Shown: positions 32,139-41,002 of the stretch, in pieces
How positions within the stretch are numbered: the first letter of the stretch is position 1
Layout of the letters: each line of letters begins with the position of its first letter
Virus record (IMG/VR): IMGVR_UViG_3300042756_000237
Length of the DNA: 44,850 bases
Origin: a virus
Strand: one strand, 5' to 3'
Program-made: the position numbers and the translations under genes
Notes under the pieces: generated by a model
The model's database searches: none
Told to the model about the DNA's origin: nothing
The model's input: only the letters and a program-made list of their open reading frames with translations

Positions 32139-33212
32139 ATGTTTGAAATCGAAAAAATACAAGAGGCATTATTAGGGCTTGTCGGTATTCGGCAGCCCTT
32201 AGATGCTACTATTACTTTGTATGAAGAATTATTAGCTTCATCAAGTGGCTTGTATTTGGATGAAATACCACATTTCAAATTGCAGTATTGGATTGAATCG
32301 CAGGATTATATTAATGCGGACACCTCCGAGTTGAGTCAACGAATGACCGAAATTTATAAAGATTCGGTTTCATCTGTTATTCATCAAATATTCAAAACAC
32401 CGTCCTACATAGACAGGAATAAGCTATTTGTAAATGCGTTTAGCCGGAAAGAAGTTGAAACAATTGTTGCCGATACCTTTTACGGGTATCAAATCGAATT
32501 GTCGTACAAAAAAAATATTGCTTTCAAAATCACAAACGCACTTATCGAAATGCAAGGCGTAGGAAGTATTGTTTTAGAGTTGTATCATAGTTCAAGCGAT
32601 GTTGCTTTAAAATCCGCAACGGTAAACAAATTACTTGCGGACGGAGACGTAAAAACAATTGATTTGAATTGGGTTATTTCCGCTTCCGATGTTCCATACA
32701 AAGGTTATTTTTATATCGGTTACAGAAATGTAAATGATGAATTGAAACCATGGAAACGTGATTTCAACACAGCCGGAAGAATGACAACGATTAGTGAAGT
32801 TTGCTTCCGTAATATTCGAAACCCTGAGCCGGATTTTACCGACCTGGAAAAAATTGATTTTGTTTCAGAACACAATGGTTTCAACTTTGATATTACCGTG
32901 TATGAAGATTATACTGATTTGATTAAGCAGAATGCTTTTTTGTTTGCTAAGTGTATTCAACTGCAATGGGCAATCAGCATAATGACCTCTTATGTTAGTT
33001 CCCTTCGTGTAAATGCAGAAACACGCAGAGCGCAGGAATTAATGAACACTTTGATTCAGATTAACGGACAAAAAGGGTATGGATTGCAGCGGATAGTTGG
33101 ATTAAGTGAGTTGGTTACATCTGAACTGCTTTCTATTCAAACCGAGATTGATAAGGTCAAGGATGGATATTTTGGAGCAGACAATCAAATTTATGTAGTC
33201 ACAAGATCATGA
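32139..33212 (+). CDS. Virion structural protein, function unknown
   Basis: 357-aa ORF in the head-tail module. Confidence 0.6.
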   Translation: MFEIEKIQEALLGLVGIRQPLDATITLYEELLASSSGLYLDEIPHFKLQYWIESQDYINADTSELSQRMTEIYKDSVSSVIHQIFKTPSYIDRNKLFVNAFSRKEVETIVADTFYGYQIELSYKKNIAFKITNALIEMQGVGSIVLELYHSSSDVALKSATVNKLLADGDVKTIDLNWVISASDVPYKGYFYIGYRNVNDELKPWKRDFNTAGRMTTISEVCFRNIRNPEPDFTDLEKIDFVSEHNGFNFDITVYEDYTDLIKQNAFLFAKCIQLQWAISIMTSYVSSLRVNAETRRAQELMNTLIQINGQKGYGLQRIVGLSELVTSELLSIQTEIDKVKDGYFGADNQIYVVTRS

Positions 33213-33766
33213 CCGAAATACTAAAAATATCGACAATCGGAGTAGATACCGAAATTGACCGATTTCAAAAGAAGTTGCACAGCCTACTAGGCCTCGGTAG
33301 AACAACTATGTTAGGTAATTGGGAAAGCAACCATAGGTGTTATATGATTCCTAACCAAAACGGAAGGTTGACACCTCATGTATATACTTCGAACGGAAAT
33401 TACCGCGAAGTGTTCACAAATGACAGGTTCGATTGCACTTCATTTTTTGTGGTTGACCCGGTTCGTGATATAAATAACGGCTTTCATTCATTTGACTTTT
33501 CGATCATTTTTCAATCGATTTTGCCAAAAATCTTTCCATCAATTGCTCATAGGGCAGATGAAGAAATGACGGCACTAATTGAAAGAGCGATTGCGAAAAC
33601 AACCTATTCAGAATACTTATCAAAAATATCAACCGGTATAGATGATTGTTACCGTGAGTTTGATAGGTCACAAATAGAATTGAACGACATGAGTAAATAC
33701 CACGTTGTTCGATTTGAATTTAAAAATGTGGGATACAACCCCCAAGAGTGTTGTGAGAATTGTTAA
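33209..33766 (+). CDS. Virion structural protein, function unknown
   Basis: 185-aa ORF with an ATGA overlap. Confidence 0.6.
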   Translation: MTEILKISTIGVDTEIDRFQKKLHSLLGLGRTTMLGNWESNHRCYMIPNQNGRLTPHVYTSNGNYREVFTNDRFDCTSFFVVDPVRDINNGFHSFDFSIIFQSILPKIFPSIAHRADEEMTALIERAIAKTTYSEYLSKISTGIDDCYREFDRSQIELNDMSKYHVVRFEFKNVGYNPQECCENC

Positions 33767-33786
33767 AAATTAAAAACTAAGAAAAA

Positions 33787-34788
33787 ATGGCAACAGAAAA
33801 TTGCACAATAGATGATTGCGGAACGCTTCAAAACTTTGGGCGTCCTGTGTGTGCTGCCGACTTCGGCAGAGTGGTTGGACTTGATTACTACCCCCGTGGA
33901 GCAGGTCAATTTCAAACAACACAATTAACGTACACCAACCTGATCGCTGAATATTTCGCCGATCAAATGGCGAGAGTATATCCGCTAACAAATGTGAAGA
34001 ATGGTAAAATCATGCCGTCAGATGATACTTTTGAAACAACGGAAGCCGGAGAAAAAACATTCGCGCTATCCGGGCTATATTCGGTTACAGGCGAAATTTG
34101 GGACGAGGCAGGCGTTGTTTTAGCCGGTAAACTTCAATCACTTCGCTGCAACAAATGGTCGTTTTGCCCGATTACAGAAGACAACGGACGTATTTATGAA
34201 TTGGTAGAGGTTGCCTCAATTACGGGGGCTATTCAGGTGTTGATTCCTGTTCGTTTCAACGAGAAATCGTTGTCCGCAAACTTCAATTGGAAGGCAGCCG
34301 GGACAAACGCAAAAATTCCAATATCATTTGACATCGATAGAGACGTGAAAATGGAAAACCTTTGGATTATCTACGGGGATAAAATTCACGATGCGCCCGG
34401 AGTTCCAAACCCAATAGACTTCATTAATCCTCCAAAAATTGTCGATTGCGTGCTTACAATTGAATCAGCTACAAGCGACCCGGGAGGCGTTACAGCATTG
34501 ATTACCATTAACACGCAGTATCGAAACGGACAACGTGTTGCTGGTGTTGATGCGCCGGGTAATATTTCCGGATTTGATTTCAATAACATCAAAGGATGGG
34601 ATGTTGAATTAAACGTAATTAACCCAGCTGTTTCAGCCGATGAAACATTTGCGGAATCAGGGCAATACCTTGTAACGTTTGCGGATGGAATGAATGTTGG
34701 TGATCGATTCTACGCTTACCTCACAATGGATTCTACAAACGCAACGAACTACTCCGGGAAAACAACAACAGTCGAATTACAACCATAA
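33787..34788 (+). CDS. Possible major tail protein (positional call)
   Basis: 333-aa ORF upstream of the chaperone and tape-measure block, within the terminator-delimited high-expression unit. Confidence 0.45.
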   Translation: MATENCTIDDCGTLQNFGRPVCAADFGRVVGLDYYPRGAGQFQTTQLTYTNLIAEYFADQMARVYPLTNVKNGKIMPSDDTFETTEAGEKTFALSGLYSVTGEIWDEAGVVLAGKLQSLRCNKWSFCPITEDNGRIYELVEVASITGAIQVLIPVRFNEKSLSANFNWKAAGTNAKIPISFDIDRDVKMENLWIIYGDKIHDAPGVPNPIDFINPPKIVDCVLTIESATSDPGGVTALITINTQYRNGQRVAGVDAPGNISGFDFNNIKGWDVELNVINPAVSADETFAESGQYLVTFADGMNVGDRFYAYLTMDSTNATNYSGKTTTVELQP

Positions 34789-34804
34789 AAAAAACAAGTA
34801 AGTC

Positions 34805-35050
34805 ATGGAAAAAAGTATAACAATCGGTTCGTTTTCCGTATCTACGGAGAAATTGAAATCAATGAGTTTAAGGGATGCAATCGCTCTTTTTGGTAAAGAA
34901 AAAAAGGATAAATCAGGAACAGTTCTATACAAGGGTACTGATCCAAAGATTATTGAAGATGCTTGGAAAATAGCGAATCCTGGCAAACCAAAAGCGACAA
35001 CACCAAACGATCCACCACCAGCTGAAGGCAAAAAACCAGTCGAAAAATAA
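34805..35050 (+). CDS. Hypothetical small protein with a Pro/Lys-rich tail
   Basis: 81-aa ORF followed by a strong terminator. Confidence 0.55.
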   Translation: MEKSITIGSFSVSTEKLKSMSLRDAIALFGKEKKDKSGTVLYKGTDPKIIEDAWKIANPGKPKATTPNDPPPAEGKKPVEK

Positions 35051-35054
35051 CCGG

Positions 35055-35096
35055 AAAAGGGGAGGTAAATTATTAATCGCCTCCCCTTTTTTATTT
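35055..35096 (+). terminator. Intrinsic terminator
   Basis: aaaaggggagg (35055-65) pairs with cctcccctttt (35080-90), followed by ttattt. Confidence 0.8.
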
Positions 35097-35108
35097 GATT
35101 CATCAACC

Positions 35109-35567
35109 ATGCCAATCGGACAAACGCCAATAGATGAATTTATCAAACGCGGTAAATTACTTAGTGAAGATGTTGCTTGGTTTAATGCTTTTGATACGTA
35201 CACCAAGAAGCAAATTATTCAGCTTATTCAAACAAGATGGACGGACGAGGGAACTGATGAAGACGGTAAAATCATTGGGCTTTACTCGCTTTCAACCGAA
35301 TTTATTACAAAGGGCAGAAAAAAAGAAGGTGATCCATACGATTTGAATATGTTCGGAGATTTCAGGCGTTCAATGTATGTTTTAGTGTTTTTGAATGAAA
35401 TATTTATAGGGGCAGACGGACAAAAGGGAGATGAAAACCTATTTACAAAATGGAACGCAAAGGAAAAAATAATAGGGTTAACAGATGAAGATTTTGAAAA
35501 GGTTAAGGAAACGGTCAAAGAAAAATACTTTGAGTACATCGATAGAACGCTATTCGGGGCTATCTGA
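35109..35567 (+). CDS. Tail assembly chaperone candidate (G-like)
   Basis: 152-aa ORF, two genes upstream of the tape measure. Confidence 0.5.
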   Translation: MPIGQTPIDEFIKRGKLLSEDVAWFNAFDTYTKKQIIQLIQTRWTDEGTDEDGKIIGLYSLSTEFITKGRKKEGDPYDLNMFGDFRRSMYVLVFLNEIFIGADGQKGDENLFTKWNAKEKIIGLTDEDFEKVKETVKEKYFEYIDRTLFGAI

Positions 35568-36072
35568 TATTACTTTGCTTGCTTATGAGAAGTGCTGCGC
35601 TGGAGAGCTTCAATTTGTCCGATTAAAGCCGTTATTGGGTGGTGAAATTAATCCGGAAGATATTTCCGCGTTTGAAGTAATTGAAGACGAGTATATCAAA
35701 AGGTTCGGGGTTGGAGAAACCTATTTGGAAATATTAAGGTTAAAAAAAGCCGTTGCTAATGCTCAATCCGATTTTATTCTATCACGTAAAAAAATAATGA
35801 TTTACGTTTTCGATGGATTTGATGAAGACGGAAACGAATTACAAAGATTGAAACAAATTGAGGTTCGAGATAAGTCACTTTTGAATGCCGTTGATTACCA
35901 CCAATTCCAATTAGATGATTACATTTCGAAACTAAAACCCGGCATAGATTCAACTAAAATGCTTATCCATGTGTCGAAGTACTTTAAGTTTCCAAGGCGA
36001 GCAAACGAAATAACAGCACTGGAATACTTTGAAACCGTTAAAATAATAACAAACCAACAAACTGAATCTTAA
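35485..36072 (+). CDS. Tail assembly chaperone candidate (T-like); may be made by a frameshift or from TTG 35575
   Basis: Overlaps the upstream ORF by 83 nt in the +1 frame. Ends at the tape-measure ATG. Confidence 0.45.
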   Translation: MKILKRLRKRSKKNTLSTSIERYSGLSDITLLAYEKCCAGELQFVRLKPLLGGEINPEDISAFEVIEDEYIKRFGVGETYLEILRLKKAVANAQSDFILSRKKIMIYVFDGFDEDGNELQRLKQIEVRDKSLLNAVDYHQFQLDDYISKLKPGIDSTKMLIHVSKYFKFPRRANEITALEYFETVKIITNQQTES

Positions 36073-39000
36073 TGACACAAGGTAAGGCATATAATAAAGA
36101 TACTTTTGCAACTAAAGACGTTTTAGTGCATCTTACAGACGGATTTGCGCAGGCTACGGTTCTTATCGAAAAAGCCAATGCAGGAATGCGTGAAACGGTT
36201 ACTTTGTCTGATAAACTACTGAAAAAGTCAATAAATATCAATGCCGCTAAAGATTTAAAAGACTACGAAACAGAACTGAAAAAGGTCAATATCGCAATGA
36301 CCGAAGCGATAAAACTCGATGCCGATAAGATCAATGCTGAAACGAAACTAGCCAAAGCCACAAGGTTGTCGGCAATGGAAGCTGAAAGAACGGTTAAAGC
36401 GAAAGAAAGATCGGTAGTAGCTACCGAAAGAGCTATTAAAGCAGAGGAGAATCTAAGTTCAATTTATTCAAAAGTAGATAAAAAATTAGCAGGGCTTACA
36501 AGGGAATACCGAGATTTAGCTATAAGAAAAAGGCTACATGACAATCTAAATCACCAAGAATTAAAGCGGTATTTACATTTAGAGAAGCAAATCGGTAGAT
36601 ATGATTCCGCACTCAAAATGACCGACACCTCAATGGGTAAACATCAAAGAGAGGTCGGGAACTATAAAAAAGGCTTTGACGGGCTTGGATCCTCATTTAT
36701 GCAACTCACGCGCGAAGCCCCTGCGTTTGCCAACTCAATCAACACGGGTTTTATGGCAATTTCCAACAACTTGCCAATGTTTGTTGACGAGTTGAATAAA
36801 TTGAAAGAAGCCAATATTGAACTTGCAAAATCCGGTCAACCAACGAAAAGCGTTTTAAAATCAGTTGGAGCAGCTATATTTAGCTTTCAAACATTATTAA
36901 GCGTTGGGGTAACAATGCTTACGCTTTACGGGGGCAAGTTAATTGAATCCATATTTGCCAACAAATCAGCGGAGGAATCGGAAAAAAGAAAAGCGGATGC
37001 TATTAAAAACTCAAACGAGCAGATAAATAAAGCCTCTGAATTTATCGGCAAGGAAGCTGCTCAAATGGTTGGGTATTTAATGCAGTTGAAAGCCACAAAT
37101 TCAGGAAGCAAAGAGCGTTCAAAACTAATTGAGGACATAAATAAGCAGTACGGAACAACCTTACAAAACTTATCTGATGAAGCCGATTTTCAGTCTATGG
37201 TTAATACCGAAGTGAAGAAATATATCCAATTCCAAAGGACTAAATATCAGATTCAGAAAAATGATGAATTGATTCAAAGAAATATTGAAAATCAAAATAA
37301 ATTGTCGCTTCAAACGCTCGATAAATTGAATGGAACTCAAAATTCAAGAATTAAGCAATTGAAGGAAGAAATTAGACTTTCCGAATTAAGAGGTGAAACT
37401 GTTTTTAAGTCCACGCGAAAAGAACTAAAAACACTTGAAGAACAAGAGAAATTTAACAAGAAACGGGAGCAAATAGAAGGCAGACGGATTTATACTCAAA
37501 AACAGCTTGACGAAATGGTTCAAAATTCCGCAGTAGTAATGGCTGGATTAGCCGGAAGAACTGATTCCGCTTCAATTGCACTAATGGAGTACATCACCGT
37601 CACCGAGCAAGCCAATAAAAGACTTGAAAATTACGGAGTAAATCTACTTAATGCCAATATTGAGGCAGATTCGTACGGAAAATACACCAAGGAAAACACC
37701 AAAAAAACCAAAGAACTTAACACATCATTAGATGATTTGAATCTTGCGTTTAAAGACAATCGTGACGTTTTGTTTGAGATAAATCAACTACTATTCGAAC
37801 GCAGAGCTACCGACGCAGCGAAGGATGTTGAGGCTGAAATGAGAACGCAGATTAAAAACATTGAGGACGGCAATAAACTTGAAACCGATTTACTCGATAA
37901 ATTGATTGGATATGAAGCCGATATACGCGAAGCGGCAGTTAAGCATCAATTTGATTTTGAAACAGAAATGCTCAAAAAGCAATTGGATGAAGAAATTAAA
38001 ATGCGTACCGAAGCAGCGGAAAAAAACAGGGATAGTCTTTTATCACAGGATGGATTAACACCTGAAGCAAGAGATAAAATTAACGATGACTATAAGAAGA
38101 AAATACAGGAATTAGCAGATTACCGCATTAACCAAACCGAGGTAATGAAATCCACTATTGAGAAAATGGAGATTCAATTGGCTATCGATTTAGGCAAGAT
38201 TGAGGATGAAAAATTTGAGAAAGTAAAGGATAAAAACGATGAATTGATTGATTTGCAGATCAAAACAAATGAGGAAAAAAACAAAATTACCAAGGACGGA
38301 AAAGAGCGCGACAAAAAAGACGGCGAAGAAAAAAAGAAAAATGACAAGGCAAATTTTGATCAGTCAAAGAAATACATTGATGACCTTATAAATTTGGAAA
38401 TTAAAGCACATGAAAACCGAATTGCTCAACTAGATAAAGAACGGGATGCAGCGCAAAAACACTTTGATTACTTGCAGCAATTGGCTGTAAACGGGAATAT
38501 TAAAGCCGAAGATTCACTTAAAAAAGCGGCTGCCGATATAAATGAAGCCAATAAAAAGAAAATTGAAGAACAGCAGAAAATAGAGCGATTGAAATTGTTG
38601 GAGGTTGAAATAAATTTGCTACTTAAAAACTTGGAAACCGAAACATCAACAGGCAAGGCGATTGCAAAAACAACGATCGAAACGGCTGCGATTGAATTAC
38701 TATTTGCTAAAGCGAAAGGATTCAGCGAGGGCACGGTAACGGATTTTAAATCGGAATTGGGTAAATCTAAACGACCGGGCATTGACGGGCATTTGGTTCG
38801 GGTTGATGATGATGAAAAATTGTTGAGCATAAAGGATTCTAAAAAAACAGGAGATTATACCACTAAAAAAATAGCCGATGTAGCTTATCAGCATCGAATG
38901 GGTAATCTCATTCATATTGACGATGCAAAAGCATTTAATCAGCCTCCGCAATACGCATTTTACAGTATGCAAAAAGTTGAGCAAGGGATCGATAAACTGA

Positions 39001-39134
39001 TTGAAATAACCAAAAACAAACCTGTTTATCCACCCTCAACGTTTGAACAGACGGATGCGTATTTTAAGGCAACAACATCAATGATACAAGGCAATAAAAA
39101 GGTTGTTAACGTCAAAACGCTTTTTAAAAAATGA
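36072..39134 (+). CDS. Tail tape measure protein
   Basis: 1020 aa, extended coiled-coil composition with a hydrophobic segment (SVGAAIFSFQTLLSVGVTMLTLYGG). Canonical position. Confidence 0.8.
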   Translation: MTQGKAYNKDTFATKDVLVHLTDGFAQATVLIEKANAGMRETVTLSDKLLKKSININAAKDLKDYETELKKVNIAMTEAIKLDADKINAETKLAKATRLSAMEAERTVKAKERSVVATERAIKAEENLSSIYSKVDKKLAGLTREYRDLAIRKRLHDNLNHQELKRYLHLEKQIGRYDSALKMTDTSMGKHQREVGNYKKGFDGLGSSFMQLTREAPAFANSINTGFMAISNNLPMFVDELNKLKEANIELAKSGQPTKSVLKSVGAAIFSFQTLLSVGVTMLTLYGGKLIESIFANKSAEESEKRKADAIKNSNEQINKASEFIGKEAAQMVGYLMQLKATNSGSKERSKLIEDINKQYGTTLQNLSDEADFQSMVNTEVKKYIQFQRTKYQIQKNDELIQRNIENQNKLSLQTLDKLNGTQNSRIKQLKEEIRLSELRGETVFKSTRKELKTLEEQEKFNKKREQIEGRRIYTQKQLDEMVQNSAVVMAGLAGRTDSASIALMEYITVTEQANKRLENYGVNLLNANIEADSYGKYTKENTKKTKELNTSLDDLNLAFKDNRDVLFEINQLLFERRATDAAKDVEAEMRTQIKNIEDGNKLETDLLDKLIGYEADIREAAVKHQFDFETEMLKKQLDEEIKMRTEAAEKNRDSLLSQDGLTPEARDKINDDYKKKIQELADYRINQTEVMKSTIEKMEIQLAIDLGKIEDEKFEKVKDKNDELIDLQIKTNEEKNKITKDGKERDKKDGEEKKKNDKANFDQSKKYIDDLINLEIKAHENRIAQLDKERDAAQKHFDYLQQLAVNGNIKAEDSLKKAAADINEANKKKIEEQQKIERLKLLEVEINLLLKNLETETSTGKAIAKTTIETAAIELLFAKAKGFSEGTVTDFKSELGKSKRPGIDGHLVRVDDDEKLLSIKDSKKTGDYTTKKIADVAYQHRMGNLIHIDDAKAFNQPPQYAFYSMQKVEQGIDKLIEITKNKPVYPPSTFEQTDAYFKATTSMIQGNKKVVNVKTLFKK

Positions 39135-40837
39135 TAACCGTAACCGTATTTGATGAGGCCGCAAATATTGGCGATAATCCAGCAATTGGATTTATAAGCA
39201 CATTTCCAAGCAGGCCGACTGCAATGTTTGAATCAGACGATTTGACCACAATGGAAATCGATGTAAGCGAATTGACTTTTTACGGTACAACTAAGGAAAA
39301 AATCAAATCCCACATTGATACATACGGTATGCACGTTGGTGTTCCATGCCAAATTACAGATGGAACCATAAATTTGGACTACATAATTGACCTTACGCAG
39401 GACGCGGAATTTAATGACTACTATATAAAGGCCAAAATAATGCGATTCAAAGGCAAGGATCATTTTTTCAAAGTAGCCGATGCCACTACGTTTCAATCCA
39501 TTGTTGATGAAGGCACAACGTTTAATACGTTTGATGCCTACTATGAGATCATACGAGAAGATCAGGCCGCCCAAGCGTTAACCATATTCGCAACGGAGTT
39601 TGTAACAGCCATGCAAGCCGCCCAAGCCGTAAGTAATGTGGCTAAGCAAGTGGCTGCATTTACAGCTGCCCTTGATGTAAGCCCGTCACACGCTGTTGCG
39701 GCTGGAATAGTGTTGGCTGCCGATATTGTTTACGCAGGGGTATTGCTTACTGCAGTTGTTGTAATGGGATTTAAGTTTAAAGAGGCAGTCTTCCCGTCTC
39801 GCAGGACGTTCAAAGTGTGTACGTTTATCGAACTTCTTTCAAAGTCATGCACGCATTTGGGATTTGGATTCAAAAGCACACTGTTGGAATCTGTGTCGGG
39901 AGCAACTTATCTGCCCGTACCCATTATAAAAGACAGGAAGGGCATATTTAAAGTGCTTGACAACTTACTTACCAAGTCATTTACAAAAGGCTATCCGACT
40001 AATGAATGCGGAGGTTTTCAATATGTTGGTGTGTTTTTCAGGGCGTGTGAAATTTTGTTTAACGCCAAAACAAAGGTAATAAACGGGGTCGTTCGGCTTG
40101 AAAGACGAGATTATTTTGATTCCGGATCAGTTGTTGCCGTTCAGTCTTCAATGACTAATCAAAGCAACCGTTCAACATCATTTAAGCGCAACACAGATGA
40201 TGCTTGGAAGCGATTGTTTATCGAATATCAAACAGACCCGTTGGACTTCCACACAATGGATAATTTCAATCCAACTACTTCCGAAAATGGAGCGGAAAAT
40301 ATTTTGAGTTTAGGGAAGGAATACGATTTATTGAAAGGTTATAAGAAAGCAAGCATACCGTTTTCGCTTGGCACTCGTAAAGACGATTACTCGTTTGTAG
40401 AGGAGCAATGCTTAAAACTGTTCAACTTTATGGATGAACATTTTGATACCAATTTCTCAAATGCAATTGAAAAGAGAATCGGGGATTTAATCATAAGCCA
40501 GCAGTTTTTTTCAACCCCAAAAGTATTATATTTAGATTCAGGAACCGGCCAGCAGCCATCTAATTACCTTGATTATATTGGGGCTGATGCGATAAAAGCA
40601 AAATATTACGGAATAGAGGCGATCGTAAATAATTCCTATCAGATATTTGAAAACATGCCGATACCAATGAGCATGGCAGATTATCAAAAAACAGTTGATA
40701 CCGAGGTTTTGAATATTGATGGGGTGGATTGTAAAATTACATCCATGCGTTATATTAGTGATGAATCGGAAGTAAATGTTTCTTTTTGGAAGCCCGAAGA
40801 TTGGGCAACGAATAAAATCAATACCTTTGCTTTATGA
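39131..40837 (+). CDS. Tail protein (distal-tail position) with an internal hydrophobic stretch
   Basis: 568-aa ORF with an ATGA overlap to the tape measure. Confidence 0.55.
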   Translation: MITVTVFDEAANIGDNPAIGFISTFPSRPTAMFESDDLTTMEIDVSELTFYGTTKEKIKSHIDTYGMHVGVPCQITDGTINLDYIIDLTQDAEFNDYYIKAKIMRFKGKDHFFKVADATTFQSIVDEGTTFNTFDAYYEIIREDQAAQALTIFATEFVTAMQAAQAVSNVAKQVAAFTAALDVSPSHAVAAGIVLAADIVYAGVLLTAVVVMGFKFKEAVFPSRRTFKVCTFIELLSKSCTHLGFGFKSTLLESVSGATYLPVPIIKDRKGIFKVLDNLLTKSFTKGYPTNECGGFQYVGVFFRACEILFNAKTKVINGVVRLERRDYFDSGSVVAVQSSMTNQSNRSTSFKRNTDDAWKRLFIEYQTDPLDFHTMDNFNPTTSENGAENILSLGKEYDLLKGYKKASIPFSLGTRKDDYSFVEEQCLKLFNFMDEHFDTNFSNAIEKRIGDLIISQQFFSTPKVLYLDSGTGQQPSNYLDYIGADAIKAKYYGIEAIVNNSYQIFENMPIPMSMADYQKTVDTEVLNIDGVDCKITSMRYISDESEVNVSFWKPEDWATNKINTFAL

Positions 40838-40998
40838 GTGTAATAGATGAATTAGTAAGGGCAAAAAACGAAATGGTCGCTAAATGGGCGTCCAAATCAA
40901 ATAAGTTCAAAACACCCGAATTAACTAAGGTGTATGAAAAAAATTTAGACGAAATCAACAAAATGATTGATGATTTGAACAAACTAAAAACCGAGTAA
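40834..40998 (+). CDS. Hypothetical small helical protein (54 aa, not in the ORF track)
   Basis: Hand translation gives MSVIDELVRAKNEMVAKWASKSNKFKTPELTKVYEKNLDEINKMIDDLNKLKTE. ATGA overlap. Fills the gap between neighbours. Confidence 0.45.
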   Translation: MSVIDELVRAKNEMVAKWASKSNKFKTPELTKVYEKNLDEINKMIDDLNKLKTE

Positions 40999-41002
40999 GA
41001 AA

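Noticed and set aside
39565-39625. The direct repeat gccgcccaagc, present twice in tail gene 39131-40837
   Set aside because: It simply encodes the repeated peptide AAQA in an Ala/Gln-rich stretch. There is no evidence of a regulatory or DGR-type role, and no reverse transcriptase is present.
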